This document shows positions 46,651 through 61,599 of a stretch of 64,000 bases of DNA, in pieces. Made by a program: the position numbers and the translations under genes. The notes below the pieces were generated by a model that was not told the DNA's origin, did no database searches, and saw only the letters and a list, made by a program, of their open reading frames with translations. The DNA lies in contig OZ024741.1 in the NCBI GenBank assembly GCA_964016885.1, positions 370,698,001-370,762,000 of the forward strand, given 5' to 3'. The DNA is from Eledone cirrhosa. Its lineage: Eukaryota. How positions within the stretch are numbered: the first letter of the stretch is position 1; each line of letters begins with the position of its first letter.

Positions 46651-47409
46651 GCTTTATGTGTACTAGTGCTTTATGTGTACTAGTGTACTAGAGGTGAATT
46701 AGCTTACAAATTTAGAAGGGCCCTAGATAAACATAAACTCAATATTAAGATAGTAGAAAGACCAGGTACCTCCGTAAAAACACTTATTAGCAAGACATAC
46801 CCTTTTCAAAGACCCTCATGTTTAGATAAGAAATGTATAACCTGTAAAATAAGCCCCCATATTAACTGTAAAACTAGAAATGTAGTGTATAGCATAAGAT
46901 GTACTGAAGGACAATGTAGAGATAAAAATATAGTGTACATAGGTGAGACAGCTCGTAGTGTAGGGGAACGGATAAATGAACACTGGCGAGACCTTCAAGA
47001 TAGTAAAGAATCATCTGTACTCTACCAACATACTAAAATAGAACACAAGGGTAAATTAGAGAACATAGAAATAAAAATAGAATCTACACACAGAAAAGAC
47101 GCAATGTTTAGACAAATCACAGAGGCAGTAAGCATAAAAGAATTACAACCAAAATCAAATAGAAAATATGAGTGGAACAGCAACATCACAACTTACAATT
47201 AAGGACAAAATGAATACACACACACACACACACATAGAACAAACAACCAACCAGTAACATGTAAATAAACAAATAAATAAATGAACATAAACACACACAG
47301 ACACCCGGAAGTGGCGCATGCGCAGACTGAGCACACAACACACACACAGAAACAAAATGGCGTAGGACAGAACAAAGGAGAGGCACAAAAACAAAGAAAG
47401 GAATCCCCA

Positions 47410-47452
47410 GTCACTGAAGAGGTCACAGAGTGTGTGACGAAAGAACTGTGAC
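47410..47452 (+). ncRNA. Minimal hammerhead in PLE pLTR (CUG triplet, predicted non-cleavable)
   Basis: GTCA-CTGAAGA-..-GAAA-GaaC-TG|TGAC. Confidence 0.6.
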
Positions 47453-47660
47453 AATATATAAACAACTATCTGGTTGTAGAACCAACCAACCAGAAATTTA
47501 TAAATTTATAAATTTATTATAAATTTATTATAATAAATTAAAGTGAAAGCAACTGGTGCGTGTGTTTCTTATTGGCAACTTGACCCTCCCAAAGTATAAC
47601 AATATCGGTTTCAACACACGATTTCAGATAAAGAATCTTGCTAAACAAATTCAGAAACGA

Positions 47661-47730
<70 letters not shown>

Positions 47731-48138
47731 CTATGGTCGAGTTAACCACGAGTGTATTAACTGATTTTTCTAGAAAATACGTTATTCGCTCACTGACCAC
47801 CTTACTACCCTTCTGTGACCATTGTATCACGTTTATCTCTCACCTCGCCTCCCGAGAAATTCTCACTTGCTACAAAAGAAACAATCCTTTTTTTTACCAC
47901 TATATCACGTGTTAATCTCTCCCTCTGCCTATGAAACTCTCTCACTTGCTATAAACGCGTCAGGAAACAGTCCTTTTTGTGGGGGGTCTCTTGATAAGCC
48001 GTATCAACCCCACAGCGATTATGCACTTTTAAAGCGCAGAAATCGGTGTACACGGATCGGTTAAACTGCAGTCGGGACTTTGAAGAAAAATTAGGTATAT
48101 TTTTGTATATTATTTCCTCATATTTTGTAATTTGACAC

Positions 48139-48184
<46 letters not shown>

Positions 48185-48743
48185 AGTTGCGACCGATAGA
48201 TAATATTAGCAATTGGAAAGACCAATGGAAACATTGTTTCCCCGGTCCAATTTGACAAAAGTCGATCGACTGACATATATATATAAAGTTTCATTCTCTG
48301 AAACCAGCCAGTGGGAAACAGTAACCGCTTAGGGCATTTCGACAAGTAGCAGCAAGCCGGGAAGAAAACTTCTTTAGCCAGAGCTAATCGATGTTTTTCG
48401 AACAGTTTAAAACAAACCAGTTGGAGTGGGTTTTGTTTATAAATCAACTTGGTGAAATCGACTAACATGTTTCAAGGTTATTAGATTTTTTCAGAAAGGC
48501 ATATTCACATGTCAAGCTGGCTTGACTAGAACAGCCAAAGATAATGAGGAGACAGGTGGAATAATACACTGAGTATGTCTGTCAGCAAACGGTAGAGCCT
48601 AAAATGCTTGAAAGGAGTGTTCCATATATATGCTATACAAACAAATATAGTCGAGCTGTCTGTATGTTGAGCACTGTACATGATGTTATACACAAAAATA
48701 GAGTATTTCGCCGACTATATATGCACACACATATATATATATG

Positions 48744-48788
<45 letters not shown>

Positions 48789-48905
48789 ATGTGTGTGTGT
48801 GAGGTTGCATGCGTGTGTGTATATATAGCAAGAGAGAGTGAGAGTAGATAAGCAGATAGTTAGAGAGACACATAGACATATATATGGTGTATATATTTAT
48901 GTATA

Positions 48906-48949
<44 letters not shown>

Positions 48950-48994
48950 TACATGTACACATACATGTATACATACATGTGCACATACATGTAC

Positions 48995-49100
<106 letters not shown>

Positions 49101-49283
49101 GTACATATATGTATGTGTGGGTCTATCTCTGTGTATGACTCCCGTGGTATTCATGTTATCTCTCTCTTTCTCTTAATTTTACTCTGTAAATATCACTCCC
49201 ATAAATATAAACACAGCCGCTTTCTTTTTCTACCATCTTTCTCTCTGTAATTATCTCCCTTTCACTCTCACCTTTTTACTCTC

Positions 49284-49327
<44 letters not shown>

Positions 49328-49796
49328 ATTGACTGACTCCTACATTATTCCTCCCCCATTCCACCTCTCCTTCCTCTTTTCCCAACTCCCACTCGCCCAT
49401 TAACCATCTATAATAAGAACGATTCCAATTTCCAATTATGAAAGTGAAAGTGAAACTACAAATTACATTTATTAAATGAAACAAAAGAAGGGAATAAAAG
49501 GTAAATTACTACGGAAGCTCCTAACTGCTGTAATAAAGTAATTATATTTAAACGGACATTAACATAAGTGGTTGCGTGAAAACAATGAGACAAATTCTTA
49601 CTCACTCCCCAGCCAACATCACTAGTGTTTTGAATTTTAAAATGTGATGTGAAGTGAAACAACCTAACTATTTAACCATCTACATAGCTATCTATCTAAC
49701 TACCTACTTGCCAGCCTGTCTACCCAAACACTACACACAAACACACACACAAACACATGTGTATATATATATATTTATATATATATATATATACAC

Positions 49797-49869
<73 letters not shown>

Positions 49870-50121
49870 TGCATATGCATGTATATATATATATATATCC
49901 ATATATATATGCACGTATGCATAAAATATATAACATACATATTTACATTCATACATGACTACATAAATACAATGTATCTGTGTATGTACGTATATGTGTA
50001 TACATATGTATGTATACATATGTGCAAATATATATATTTATATATAAGTATATATGGGTATATGCATAACACGCTACCTAACTATGTATATATATGTATA
50101 TATATATAGCACCCAACCTTC

Positions 50122-50576
50122 ATACATACATACATACATACATACGTTCATACATACATACATACATACATACATACATACATACATACATACAGACAGA
50201 CAGACATACCTACCTACCTACCTACCTACCTACATACATACATACATACATACATACATACATACATACATACATACATACATACATGCATACATACATA
50301 TACATACATACGAATATGCAAGCATACATACATACAAACAAGCATACATACATACATACAAACATACATACATACATACATACAAACATACATACATACA
50401 TACATACATACATACATACATACATACATACGAACATGCATACATACATACGAACATGCATACATACATACAAACAAGCATACATTCATACATACAAACA
50501 TACATACAAACATACATACATACATAGATACATGCATACATACATACATACATACATACATACATACATACATACA

Positions 50577-50605
<29 letters not shown>
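50122..50605. repeat. (CATA)n tetranucleotide repeat
   Basis: Direct inspection. Confidence 0.95.
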
Positions 50606-50607
<2 letters not shown>

Positions 50608-50769
50608 GCTGTCTATATAGGATCGAATCTAGGTATTAATTCATAAGTATGTCACATAGTAAACGATGTATTGCTCTCTTCATTTGATTAAATATTTAAT
50701 TACATAAATATTTGTTATTTTATTGTTTTATACACGAAACCAATTACAGGCTGATGTACCTCCGCCATA

Positions 50770-52529
50770 TTTATATACACCTAGTCATATATATACACAC
50801 CTGAATCTATAGATATATATACACCTAAATATATATACATCTACATCTATAGATATATATACACAAATGTATATACACATCTACATCTATACATATATAC
50901 ACCTAAATATATATATATATCTACATCTATAGATATATACACCTAAATATATATACAGATCTGCATCTATACATATATACACCTAAAAATATATATACAC
51001 ATCTACATCTATACATATATACACCTAAATATATATACACATCTGCATGTATACATATATACACCTAAAAATATATATACACATCTACATCTATACATAT
51101 ATACACCTAAATATATATATACATATACATCTATAGATATATACACATACATAAATATACACATCTACATCTATACATATATACACCTAAATATATATAT
51201 ATATCTACATCTATAGATATATACACCTAAATATATATACACATCTGCATCTATACATATATACACCTGAAAATATATATACACATCTACATCTATACAT
51301 ATATACACCTAAATATATATACACATCTGCATGTATACATATATACACCTAAAAATATATATACACATCTACATCTATACATATATACACCTAAATATAT
51401 ATACACATATACATCTATAGATATATACACATACATAAATATACACATCTACATCTATACATATATACACCTAAATATATATATATATATCTACATCTAT
51501 AGATATATACACCGAAATATATATATATACACATCTGCATCTATACATATATACACCTAAAAATATATATATACACATCTACATCTATACATATATACAC
51601 CTAAATATATATACACATCTACATCTATACATATATACACCTAAATATATACACATCTACATCTATAGATATATACACATACATATATATTCACATCTAC
51701 ATCTATACATATATACACCTAAATATATATATATATCTACATCTATAGATATATACACCTAAATATATATATATACACATATGCATCTATACATATATAC
51801 ACCTAAAAATATATATACACATCTACATCTATACATATGTACACCTAAATATATATACACATCTACATCTATACATATATACATCTACATCTATACATAT
51901 ATACACCTATTCATATATATATATATATATACATCTATATCTATACATATATACACCTATTCATATATATATATACACACATCTATATCTATACATATAT
52001 AAACCTAAATATATATATACATATCTACATCTATAGATATATACACCTAAATATATATATACACATTTACATCTATACATATATACACCTATTCATATAT
52101 ATATACAAATCTATATCAATACATATATAAACCTAAACATATATATACACATCTACATCTATAGATAGATATATACCTAAAAATATATATACCTACATCT
52201 ATAGATATATACACCTAAAAATATATACACACAGATACATCTAAACATATATATACCTTAAGATATATACATACATTTACATTTATACATATATATATAC
52301 CTATACATATATATACAATTATAGGCTAACGTACCTTCGCCCATACTTATATACACCGATTCATATATATACACATCTATATCTATACATATATACACCT
52401 TAACGTATATATATACATACATCTAAACATATATATATACCCTAAGATATATACATATATATACCTATACGTATATATATCTATATATATCTACATCTAT
52501 ACATATATACACATATATATATAAACACC

Positions 52530-52568
<39 letters not shown>

Positions 52569-52700
52569 GCACTTATACATATATATATACCCTAATATAT
52601 ATACCTATACGTATATATATCTATATATATCTACATCTATATATATATACACATATATATGTAAACACCTATATGTATATATATATATATATCTGCACTT
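50770..52700. repeat. Degenerate ~40-bp minisatellite (acatctacatctatacatatatacacctaaatatatat)
   Basis: Tandem units with variable TA length. Confidence 0.9.
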
Positions 52701-52816
52701 ATACATATATCTATACCTGTACCTTTACACATACCTCCGCTATAACTCAGATAATTAAATATGTTTACATACATGCGTGTGTTTAACAGTAAATTGATAT
52801 AAATGTATATACATGT

Positions 52817-52887
<71 letters not shown>

Positions 52888-53067
52888 CTTACATATGTAT
52901 ACTTACATACATGTATATATATATTTATATAGACGTGTATATATATAGATATATATATATATATATATATAGTAGTAATAAATGAAAGATATATACTTTA
53001 TATCATCTCTATTTCATTATATATATTTCGAAGATGTAAAGTTTTGTGTATAACATATATATACATA

Positions 53068-53158
<91 letters not shown>

Positions 53159-53159
53159 A

Positions 53160-53350
53160 CGAAGGAGGTGTGGTAAGGAACCAGATGGACCATAACGCAC
53201 CAGAGTACTCAATACTTAGGGTAGTAGAGTGGGTAATAGGAAAATATTTGACCCCGACGGCAGAGCTGAAGCCGTTTCGACGGCTATTCAGTCCAGAAAT
53301 AGCCGTCGAAACGGCATGATCTCTGTCGTCGGGGTCAAACATTTTCCTAT
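53160..53350 (+). mobile_element. Short interspersed element with a ~110-bp terminal hairpin; related pieces at 15322-15415, 22310-22405, 40040-40155, 41985-42190
   Basis: Shared ccagagtactcaatacttagggtagtagagtgggtaat segment. Hairpin 53237-53349. All copies are next to (TA)n. Confidence 0.7.
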
Positions 53351-53370
53351 ATATATATATACATATATAT

Positions 53371-53479
<109 letters not shown>

Positions 53480-53497
53480 CATATATATATATACATT

Positions 53498-53536
<39 letters not shown>

Positions 53537-53549
53537 CATATATATATAC

Positions 53550-53614
<65 letters not shown>

Positions 53615-53676
53615 GTATATATATGTATATATATATATACATATATTATATATATATATATACATACACACACATA

Positions 53677-53755
<79 letters not shown>

Positions 53756-53859
53756 CTCTGTGTAGAGTGTAGTGTCCTCAAGGGATTGCTCTCTGTGTAG
53801 TGTAAAGACACAAGTAATGTTTCGCATTCTAGGATAGCCTCAGTTGATTGAAGTTGTTC

Positions 53860-54118
53860 CCACTCGCTTTATCAAGTACGCACGTACACCATGTGGATAT
53901 ATACTCCATGCGGAGCACGCCCTTAGCCCATTTTTGCCTCCACCCTTTGTTGGCACACATAATCAACATAAAATTACCTCTTTTCTTTCCAATACAGATT
54001 TCATCATATTCTAGTTTGTTCAACCTGCTAAGTGAATACGTTTTACTGAGGAGATCTAATGGAAATGAAACATGTCCATTGTGTTTAACAAGTGGGCATA
54101 ATACAACAGGCTATAGGA
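53860..54118 (+). pseudogene. Possible decayed MULE-type transposase C-terminal fragment
   Basis: PC/EHAL remnant across a frameshift (SWIM-like), followed by CPLCLTSGHNTTGY (zinc-knuckle-like). Weak. Confidence 0.3.
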
Positions 54119-54149
54119 ATTATCTCCCTTACATTATTTGTCTGCTTCT

Positions 54150-54342
54150 GGGGGCGGTGGATTGGCAGTATCGGTAGAGGGTCTGACGCCATGCTTTGAC
54201 GCATAGAGTTACGGCCCTTGCCATTCTGAGATCAAATCCCGCCGAGGTTAACTTTGCCTTTCATCCTTACGGGGTCGATAAAATAAAGTAACAGTAATGT
54301 TGGGTTATTGCTGGCCTTGTGCCAAAAGTAGAAACAATTATT
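54150..54342 (+). mobile_element. tRNA-derived SINE family A
   Basis: Full-length match to 18941-19130. Confidence 0.85.
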
Positions 54343-55204
54343 TGTTTGCTTCTTTGAATGCCCTTGAGGGTAACCGAAATTGCATGGATAGTTTCAGTTG
54401 ACTGATGGTTTTTCTACTGACCATATATAGAATGCATGACTTTCTTTCCCTCCCCCTCTCTCTCTCTATATATATGTCTGTGTGTGTGTGTGCGTGTGTG
54501 TGTATGTGTGTGTGTGTGTTTGTATGTGTGCGTGTGTGTGTGTGTGTGTGTAAAGTAGAAAAATATATTCAAATCTTGAATGAGAGTAGAGATAGATATA
54601 TAAGATTAAATGCCAGTCGTAAATAAAAGTATAAAAGTGAAAAAACTTATGTAGTGAGTGTTACTTGATTATCCTCCTTTTAATTCTGATTATTATAGAA
54701 TAACTTCTACAAATGTCTATATCAAAGAAATTTGTAGAAGATATTCTTTATAAATTTAAGAGAGGTGATTCAGCTATAAGAAACGAATTTGAAAAACATC
54801 CTGCCATTATATTCATCAAAGGTCATCTATTGAAATAAAACCAGGAGGGGGGTTTTTTTACACCCACTTTTTTAAACACTCTTATCTTGCTGTCAACCTT
54901 CACCATTTTCTGTGTGTATGTATGTGTGTGTGTATGTGTGCGTGTGTGTGTGTGTATGCCTTAATTCCTTTAAATCTTCATCAACACTCCTTCACACCCA
55001 CACTCATTAACACCGCACCCCACACCCCAGGCACATTCAAATCTCTCTTATATATAGAGTCACACATCACAACACAACCTGATCTCAGTTTGACAATCCA
55101 CCGACAAATGCGAGAAAATTGTCCAAGAAAGTTAACTAGGAATCTTTAAAATTCTTCCCACCGAAGTTAACAAAGAACTTACTAGATCTATCAACTCATA
55201 GTTG

Positions 55205-55512
55205 TATCTACATTTGGCACAAGGCCAGCAGTTACTCAGTGCATTACTGGTACTTTATTTTATCGACCCCGTAAGGATGAAAGGCAAAGTTAACCTCGAC
55301 GGAATTTGAACGCAGACCGTAAAGGGACATAACTATACTCATAATATTATAATATTATAAAATTAAATCAAATTATTTAGAACTACAAGTGAAGTCATTA
55401 TTTTCCTCGTCAAGGTTAACTTTGCCTTTCATCCTTACGGGGTCGATAAAATAAAGTACCAGTAATGTATTGGGTAATTGCTGGCCTTGTGCCAAAAAGT
55501 AGAAACAATTAT
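55205..55512. mobile_element. Two partial family A SINEs in opposite orientation (55205-55335 minus; 55410-55512 plus)
   Basis: Homology to the SINE core. Confidence 0.8.
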
Positions 55513-55923
55513 TTTCCTTTTTTTCAAATATACCTAACTGTACCAAGGATCTCACACATTTTCCAATATATATATATATATATTGTTATACTTGGGGAGG
55601 GGTCATATTTGCGTAATATTGCCAGAATTAATAACAGAACACACTCACTGTTTGGTTGGTTTTCGCTTCTCGCTGTCTTTTATTATATCTGCGATCTAAC
55701 TTACATATATATATGTGTGTGAGAAAAACCACAGACCCTCCATCTCAACTCACCTTTTGAAAAGCAGAAGAACTGCGAAACCGGTAAAGGAACCAAATAA
55801 ATATATATATTTTTTTTTTTTAAATAAGACTTCAGTTGCATTTTCGATTTCATCTCTTTTTCTTTATACTTTCACTCGTGTAGGACACCTCGGTTATTTT
55901 TCATTTTGTAAAAAAAACCTCAC

Positions 55924-55968
<45 letters not shown>

Positions 55969-56029
55969 ATATATATAAAAAAACATGAGAAGAATTGAAT
56001 ACTGCGTGGTTGCACATGGGTTACATATA

Positions 56030-56950
56030 TATATAGAAAGAGATGCACTAGCAGCCAAAATGTATGATAAAGTTAAATCTGAATTAATATAGAGTTTGTA
56101 ACCATGACTGTACCGACGTGTATAAATATATACCAATATATGTGGGCATGTAAACATCCCAGAAAATACTAATTTCACTGTAAATTGAAAAAATAATAAA
56201 CATTTTAAATCAACTTTCGGATTTTATTAAATCCTCATCAGAAGTCGTGTATATCTTTCCACAACGAAACATATACTTAGTATTATTCCGATATGGACTT
56301 ACTAATTTTCAAATAATTAGCGCTGGTAATGATAATCAATTAAAATATATATTAACAAGTGCGGAAGCAGCTGTCATCTGGAATGTCGTCATGCACTCAC
56401 CGCCCTCTACTGGACTAGCAAATTTCCCCCATAGTAATTTATAGAGGACTGGTGGCGAGGACTGGTGGCGGGTAAGAAAGACGATGTTTTCGTGGAGGCT
56501 CTGGACTTTAACAAAAATGAAGTGACCGGTAAGTTTCTGAGGACTTTCGGGCTGGAAACTTTTACGGAGCTCTGTAGACTGGTATTGCCAGTGGGAAGCG
56601 CTAACAGTTCGAAATAATAGGCATGGTGGTGACGTCAGACGGATCTGTTCGAGAAGCACGTAGAGTGATGAAACCATTCTGCATGTTAAGGGTTAGCACA
56701 TCACTGATCTGTGGAGTAATGTTGAATAACTACTATCACGTGTAGGAGGGATCTAGTTATCGGACGAGACTATTATGAAAATCTCTCCACCACACTTCTT
56801 TAATGGGTAGCAATAGCAAAAGAAGTCGAGTGGTGGACAACATTGTAGGGATTTTACTCAATTTTACACCCGTGCTAATCAAGATTACCGTGGACATGAG
56901 GTGTTCCCCGATCGTCCTTTAGAGGTTCTCCTGTTTCAGGAGGAGGTTTA
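56030..56950 (-). mobile_element. Decayed PLE 3' end: GIY-YIG remnant plus a hammerhead-like motif at 56201-56246
   Basis: Minus strand gaaacaggagaacctctaaaggacgatcggggaacacctc reads as a frameshifted ETG.....R.GEHL. Downstream is CTGATGA-GGATTT aata AAATCC-GAAA. Confidence 0.45.
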
Positions 56951-56951
56951 T

Positions 56952-56994
<43 letters not shown>

Positions 56995-57063
56995 AACAAA
57001 GTGGAGGTGTTACATATGAGATTTATTGCTCAACCCGGTTACAATTGTTTGTGAGGAAAATTA

Positions 57064-57134
<71 letters not shown>

Positions 57135-57261
57135 CAAAAGTTATATTTAATTTGTTAGGATTCAACAAGCTTAAAAGTTTTATAACTTTTATAACCAGTG
57201 AACCTTCAACCGTCAAGGTTGTTTTTCTACGGGTATGTCAACATTTATAAAACAAATTTTG

Positions 57262-57327
57262 TATTTTATCTGATGAAAGCGCACCAAAATTTGCCTTGGT
57301 TGCCCTTGAAATATATATAATAAAATA
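57262..57327 (+). ncRNA. Type I hammerhead ribozyme (AUA site, palindromic TATATA stem III)
   Basis: TATTTTAT-CTGATGA-AAG..CCAA..TTGG..CTT-GAAA-TATATA-TA|ATAAAATA, with an 8-bp stem I. Confidence 0.85.
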
Positions 57328-57365
57328 ATTATGGTTTTATAAATATAGTTTCCATTTATTAATAT

Positions 57366-57441
<76 letters not shown>

Positions 57442-57786
57442 TATATAATTTTTCCTCACACGATCACGGCAAACATTTGTAACCGGGTTGAGCAATAAAT
57501 CTCATATGTAACACCTCCACTTTGTTCTTATATATATATATATATATATATATACATACACACACATAAATATACACATACACACACATACACACACATA
57601 TATATATATATATTTCCTCATCCGATTCCTTATGTAATTTGTCTTTGTAATGTCCCCTAACTCCTTGAAGTAAATAAAACAATTCATTCTCCCCCCCCCC
57701 CTGCTTCTCCTACTCCCCTTCCTACTCCTCCTCATCATCATCACCTCCATTATTGTTATTACTATTATCATCATTATTGTTATTAT

Positions 57787-58245
57787 TGCCTTTCATCCTT
57801 ACGGAGTCGATAAAATAAAGTACCAGTAATGCACTGGGGTAATTGCTGGCCTTGTGCCTAAAGTAGAAACAATTATTTTTAACAACAGCAGTATTTGGTT
57901 CGGCTCTTTACTTTCTGAGTTTAAGTCCTGCCGAGGTTAGCATTGTCTTTCATTCTTCCGAGGTCCATAAAATAAAGTACCAGTGAAACACTGGGGTCGA
58001 TCTACTCGACTTTCCCCCTTTTCCAATATTGTTGACCTTTTGCCTAAATCAGAAACCATTGGATTGGCAGTATCGGTAGAGGGTCGGACGCCATGCTTTG
58101 ACGCATAGAGTTACGGCCCTTGCCATTCTGAGTTCAAATCCCGCTGAGGTTAACCTTGCCTTTCATCCTTACGGGGTCGATAAAATAAAGTACCAGTAAT
58201 GCACTGGGTTTTTGATGGCCTTGTGCCAAAAGTAGAAACAATTAT
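57787..58245 (+). mobile_element. Tandem cluster of three family A SINE copies
   Basis: Core motif at 57787, ~57940 and ~58150. Confidence 0.8.
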
Positions 58246-58605
58246 TATATTTTATCCTTCTAATTGCCGCTAAGAGAACAATAAAAAACTGTGGTGCTAC
58301 GGCGGGAGTTTCTTTGTGAAAAAAACAGGTTAGCTCGCCTCTTTCTTGTAATAGAGAGGGTGTGTATGGTTGTGGGTTAATAAGCATTGTCGTGGGAAAT
58401 TAAAGGGACATTATCTGGACACGATCCGTTAAACTGGGAATGCTGAAGGGGAGAAACCTCCTCACTTTTATACCCATACTTGTCTGATTGCCATGGGGAA
58501 TTAATGAGTGTGGGTGTGGGTGTGTGTGTATGCGTGTGTGCGTGTGTCCGTGTTTTTGTGTGCGCGCATACACGTACATATATACATACTTACACACAAA
58601 CGCTT

Positions 58606-58697
<92 letters not shown>

Positions 58698-58847
58698 ACA
58701 TATATATGCACATACACACACATTCACACACAAACACATATATATATTTATACATACATATATAGGTAGATAAATAAATATAAAATATATAATTATATAT
58801 GTGGATGTATATATATGAATATATATATATATGTGTATATATATATA

Positions 58848-58890
<43 letters not shown>

Positions 58891-60769
58891 TATATATATA
58901 TATGTATGTATATATACAATTTATATATATATATAATATATATATATATATATACACACATACACACTGACACATATGTACATATATATATATATGTGTG
59001 TGTGTGTGTAATAGATATATATGTATATATATATATACATATACATATATATATATATATCCATACACACGCACATACATTCATACATACAATCATACAT
59101 ACATACATACACACATACATACATACATACATACATACATACATACATACATACACACATACACACACACATACACACATACATACATACATACATACAT
59201 ACACACATACATACACACATCCACACATACACACATACATACATACACACATACACACATACATACACACATACACACATACATACATACAAACATACAC
59301 ACATACATACATACATACATACATACATACAACACGATTATTCTTTAAACGTGCATTAATATACAAAAACATCTTAAATACTCATTGGCATTCTGATATA
59401 GAGACGTGTGTGTGTGTATGTGAGTGTGTGCATGCAAGTGTGCGTGTGTGTGGGGGTGTCTGAGTGTGTATGTGTGTATGAGTGTCTTTGAGTGCGTTTG
59501 TGTTTGTGTGTGTCTTTGAGTGTGTATGTGTGTGTGTCTTTGAGTGTGTATGCGTATGTGTGTGTGTATGTGTGTGTGTGTCTTTGAGTGAGTGTGTATG
59601 TGTGTGTGAGTATCTTTGAGTGTGTATGTGTGTGTATGTGTGTGTCTTTGAGTGAGTGTGTATGTGTGTGTGAGTATCTTTGAGAGTGTATGTGTGTGTT
59701 TGTGTGTGTGTCTTTGAGTGAGTGTGTATGTGTGTGTGAGTATCTTTGAGTGTGTATGTGTGTGTGTGTGTGTCTTTGAGTGTGTATGTGTATGTGTATG
59801 TGTATGTGTGTGTGTGTGTATGTTTGAGTGTGTATGTTTGTGTGTGTGTGGCACTATCTGTGTGATATTGTATATGTGCGTTATTCTGTGTGTATTTGTA
59901 TGTTTGTGCATATATGTGCGCGTGCGTGGATGCATACAAGTGTGTCTATGCGTGTGTGAGTGAGTGTCTTTGTGTGTGTATGTGTGTGTGATACTATATA
60001 TGTGTGTTATTCTGTGTATATGTGTATGTAGCACTGTTTGTGTGTGTGATACTCTATATGTGTGTTATTCTGTGTGTATGTGTGTGCATGTGTGCATATA
60101 TGTGCGTGTGTGTATATATATATATGTATGTGTGTGTGTATGTGTGTGTGTGTGTGTGCTGTTTGCACGACACCACATGTATATACACACACATACGCAC
60201 ACACCGTGTGTGTATGTTTATGTGTGCGTATATCTGTGCTGTCGGTAGATACGTGTGTGTATGTGTATATACGTGTCGTGGGAGTAGATACGTGTGTGTG
60301 TATGTATGTATGTATGTATGCATGAGTGTGTGTGTTAGGGTGTGCGTGTATGTGTGGTGAAGCTATAACACACACACTACACCACTCACACACACACTGC
60401 ACCACTCACACACACACTGCACCACTCACACACATACAGCACCACACACACACTGCACCACACAATCACACACGTTGCACCACTTAAACACACACTGCAC
60501 TACACACACACACGCACATACACTGCACGACACACACACATTGCACCACACACACACTGCATTACATACACTGCACCACACACACATACACACACACACA
60601 CATTTTGCAGCATACACGCGCACATACACATGCATTCCCACCATTAACACTCTCACGTGTACACATAGATATATACACACACACAAATCCTCAACTCACA
60701 GTAACGCATGCATTCACACATGTCTATACATATGCACACGAATAAACACACACACATATACGCACACAC

Positions 60770-61335
60770 GCATAGAAATGTCTTATACACACACACACAT
60801 ACACATACCACACACACATAGAAATGTCCTATATACACACACACACATAGCACACACACATAGAAATGTCCTATATACACACACACACACACATAGCACA
60901 CACACATAGAAATGTCCTATATACACACATACACATAGCACACATACATAGAAATGTCCTATATACACACACACACACACATAGCACACACACATAGAAA
61001 TGTCCTATATACACACATACACATAGCACACATACATAGAAATGTCCTATATACACACACACACACACATAGCACACACACATAAAAATGTCCTATATAC
61101 ACACATACACATAGCACACATACATAGAAATGTCCTATATACACACACACATACACATAGCACACACACATATAAATGTCCTATATACACACATACACAT
61201 AGCACACACACATAGAAATGTCCTATATACACACACACATACACATAGCACACACACATATAAATGTCCTATATACACACATACACATAGCACACACACA
61301 TAGAAATGTCCTATATACACACACACATACACATA
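60770..61335. repeat. ~44-bp minisatellite (catagaaatgtcctatatacacac...catagcacacaca), 88-bp dimer period
   Basis: Tandem units. The spurious ORFs recur every 88 bp. Confidence 0.92.
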
Positions 61336-61599
61336 GCACCACTCACTCACAAATACACACACACATACACATAGCACACTCACTAACAAATACCCACACA
61401 CATACGTATATCACATACACTCACAAAGGCACACACGCACGCACGCACGCACACACATGCACACACGCACACACGCACACACACACACACACATACACAC
61501 ATACGTAAATCCTCACACTAATACATACACAGCCAGTCTGGCTAATCCGCCTCATCGGTTCTTCACCACCACCACCACTACCACCGTCTCCATCCCCAC

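Larger units (their letters stand above)
43881..47660 (-). mobile_element. Penelope-like retroelement: minus-strand body 43881-~46688 joined to an inverted (+) 3' copy 46689-47660
   Basis: RT and GIY-YIG motifs, ~900-bp inverted arms with an HHR in each, and (TA)n on both sides. Confidence 0.95.

Noticed and set aside
48010-48065. Hammerhead-like fold TGC..GCA-GAAA-TCGGTGTACACGGA-TC
   Set aside because: The core reads GCGATTA (3 mismatches, uncompensated) and stem I is poor. Not counted.
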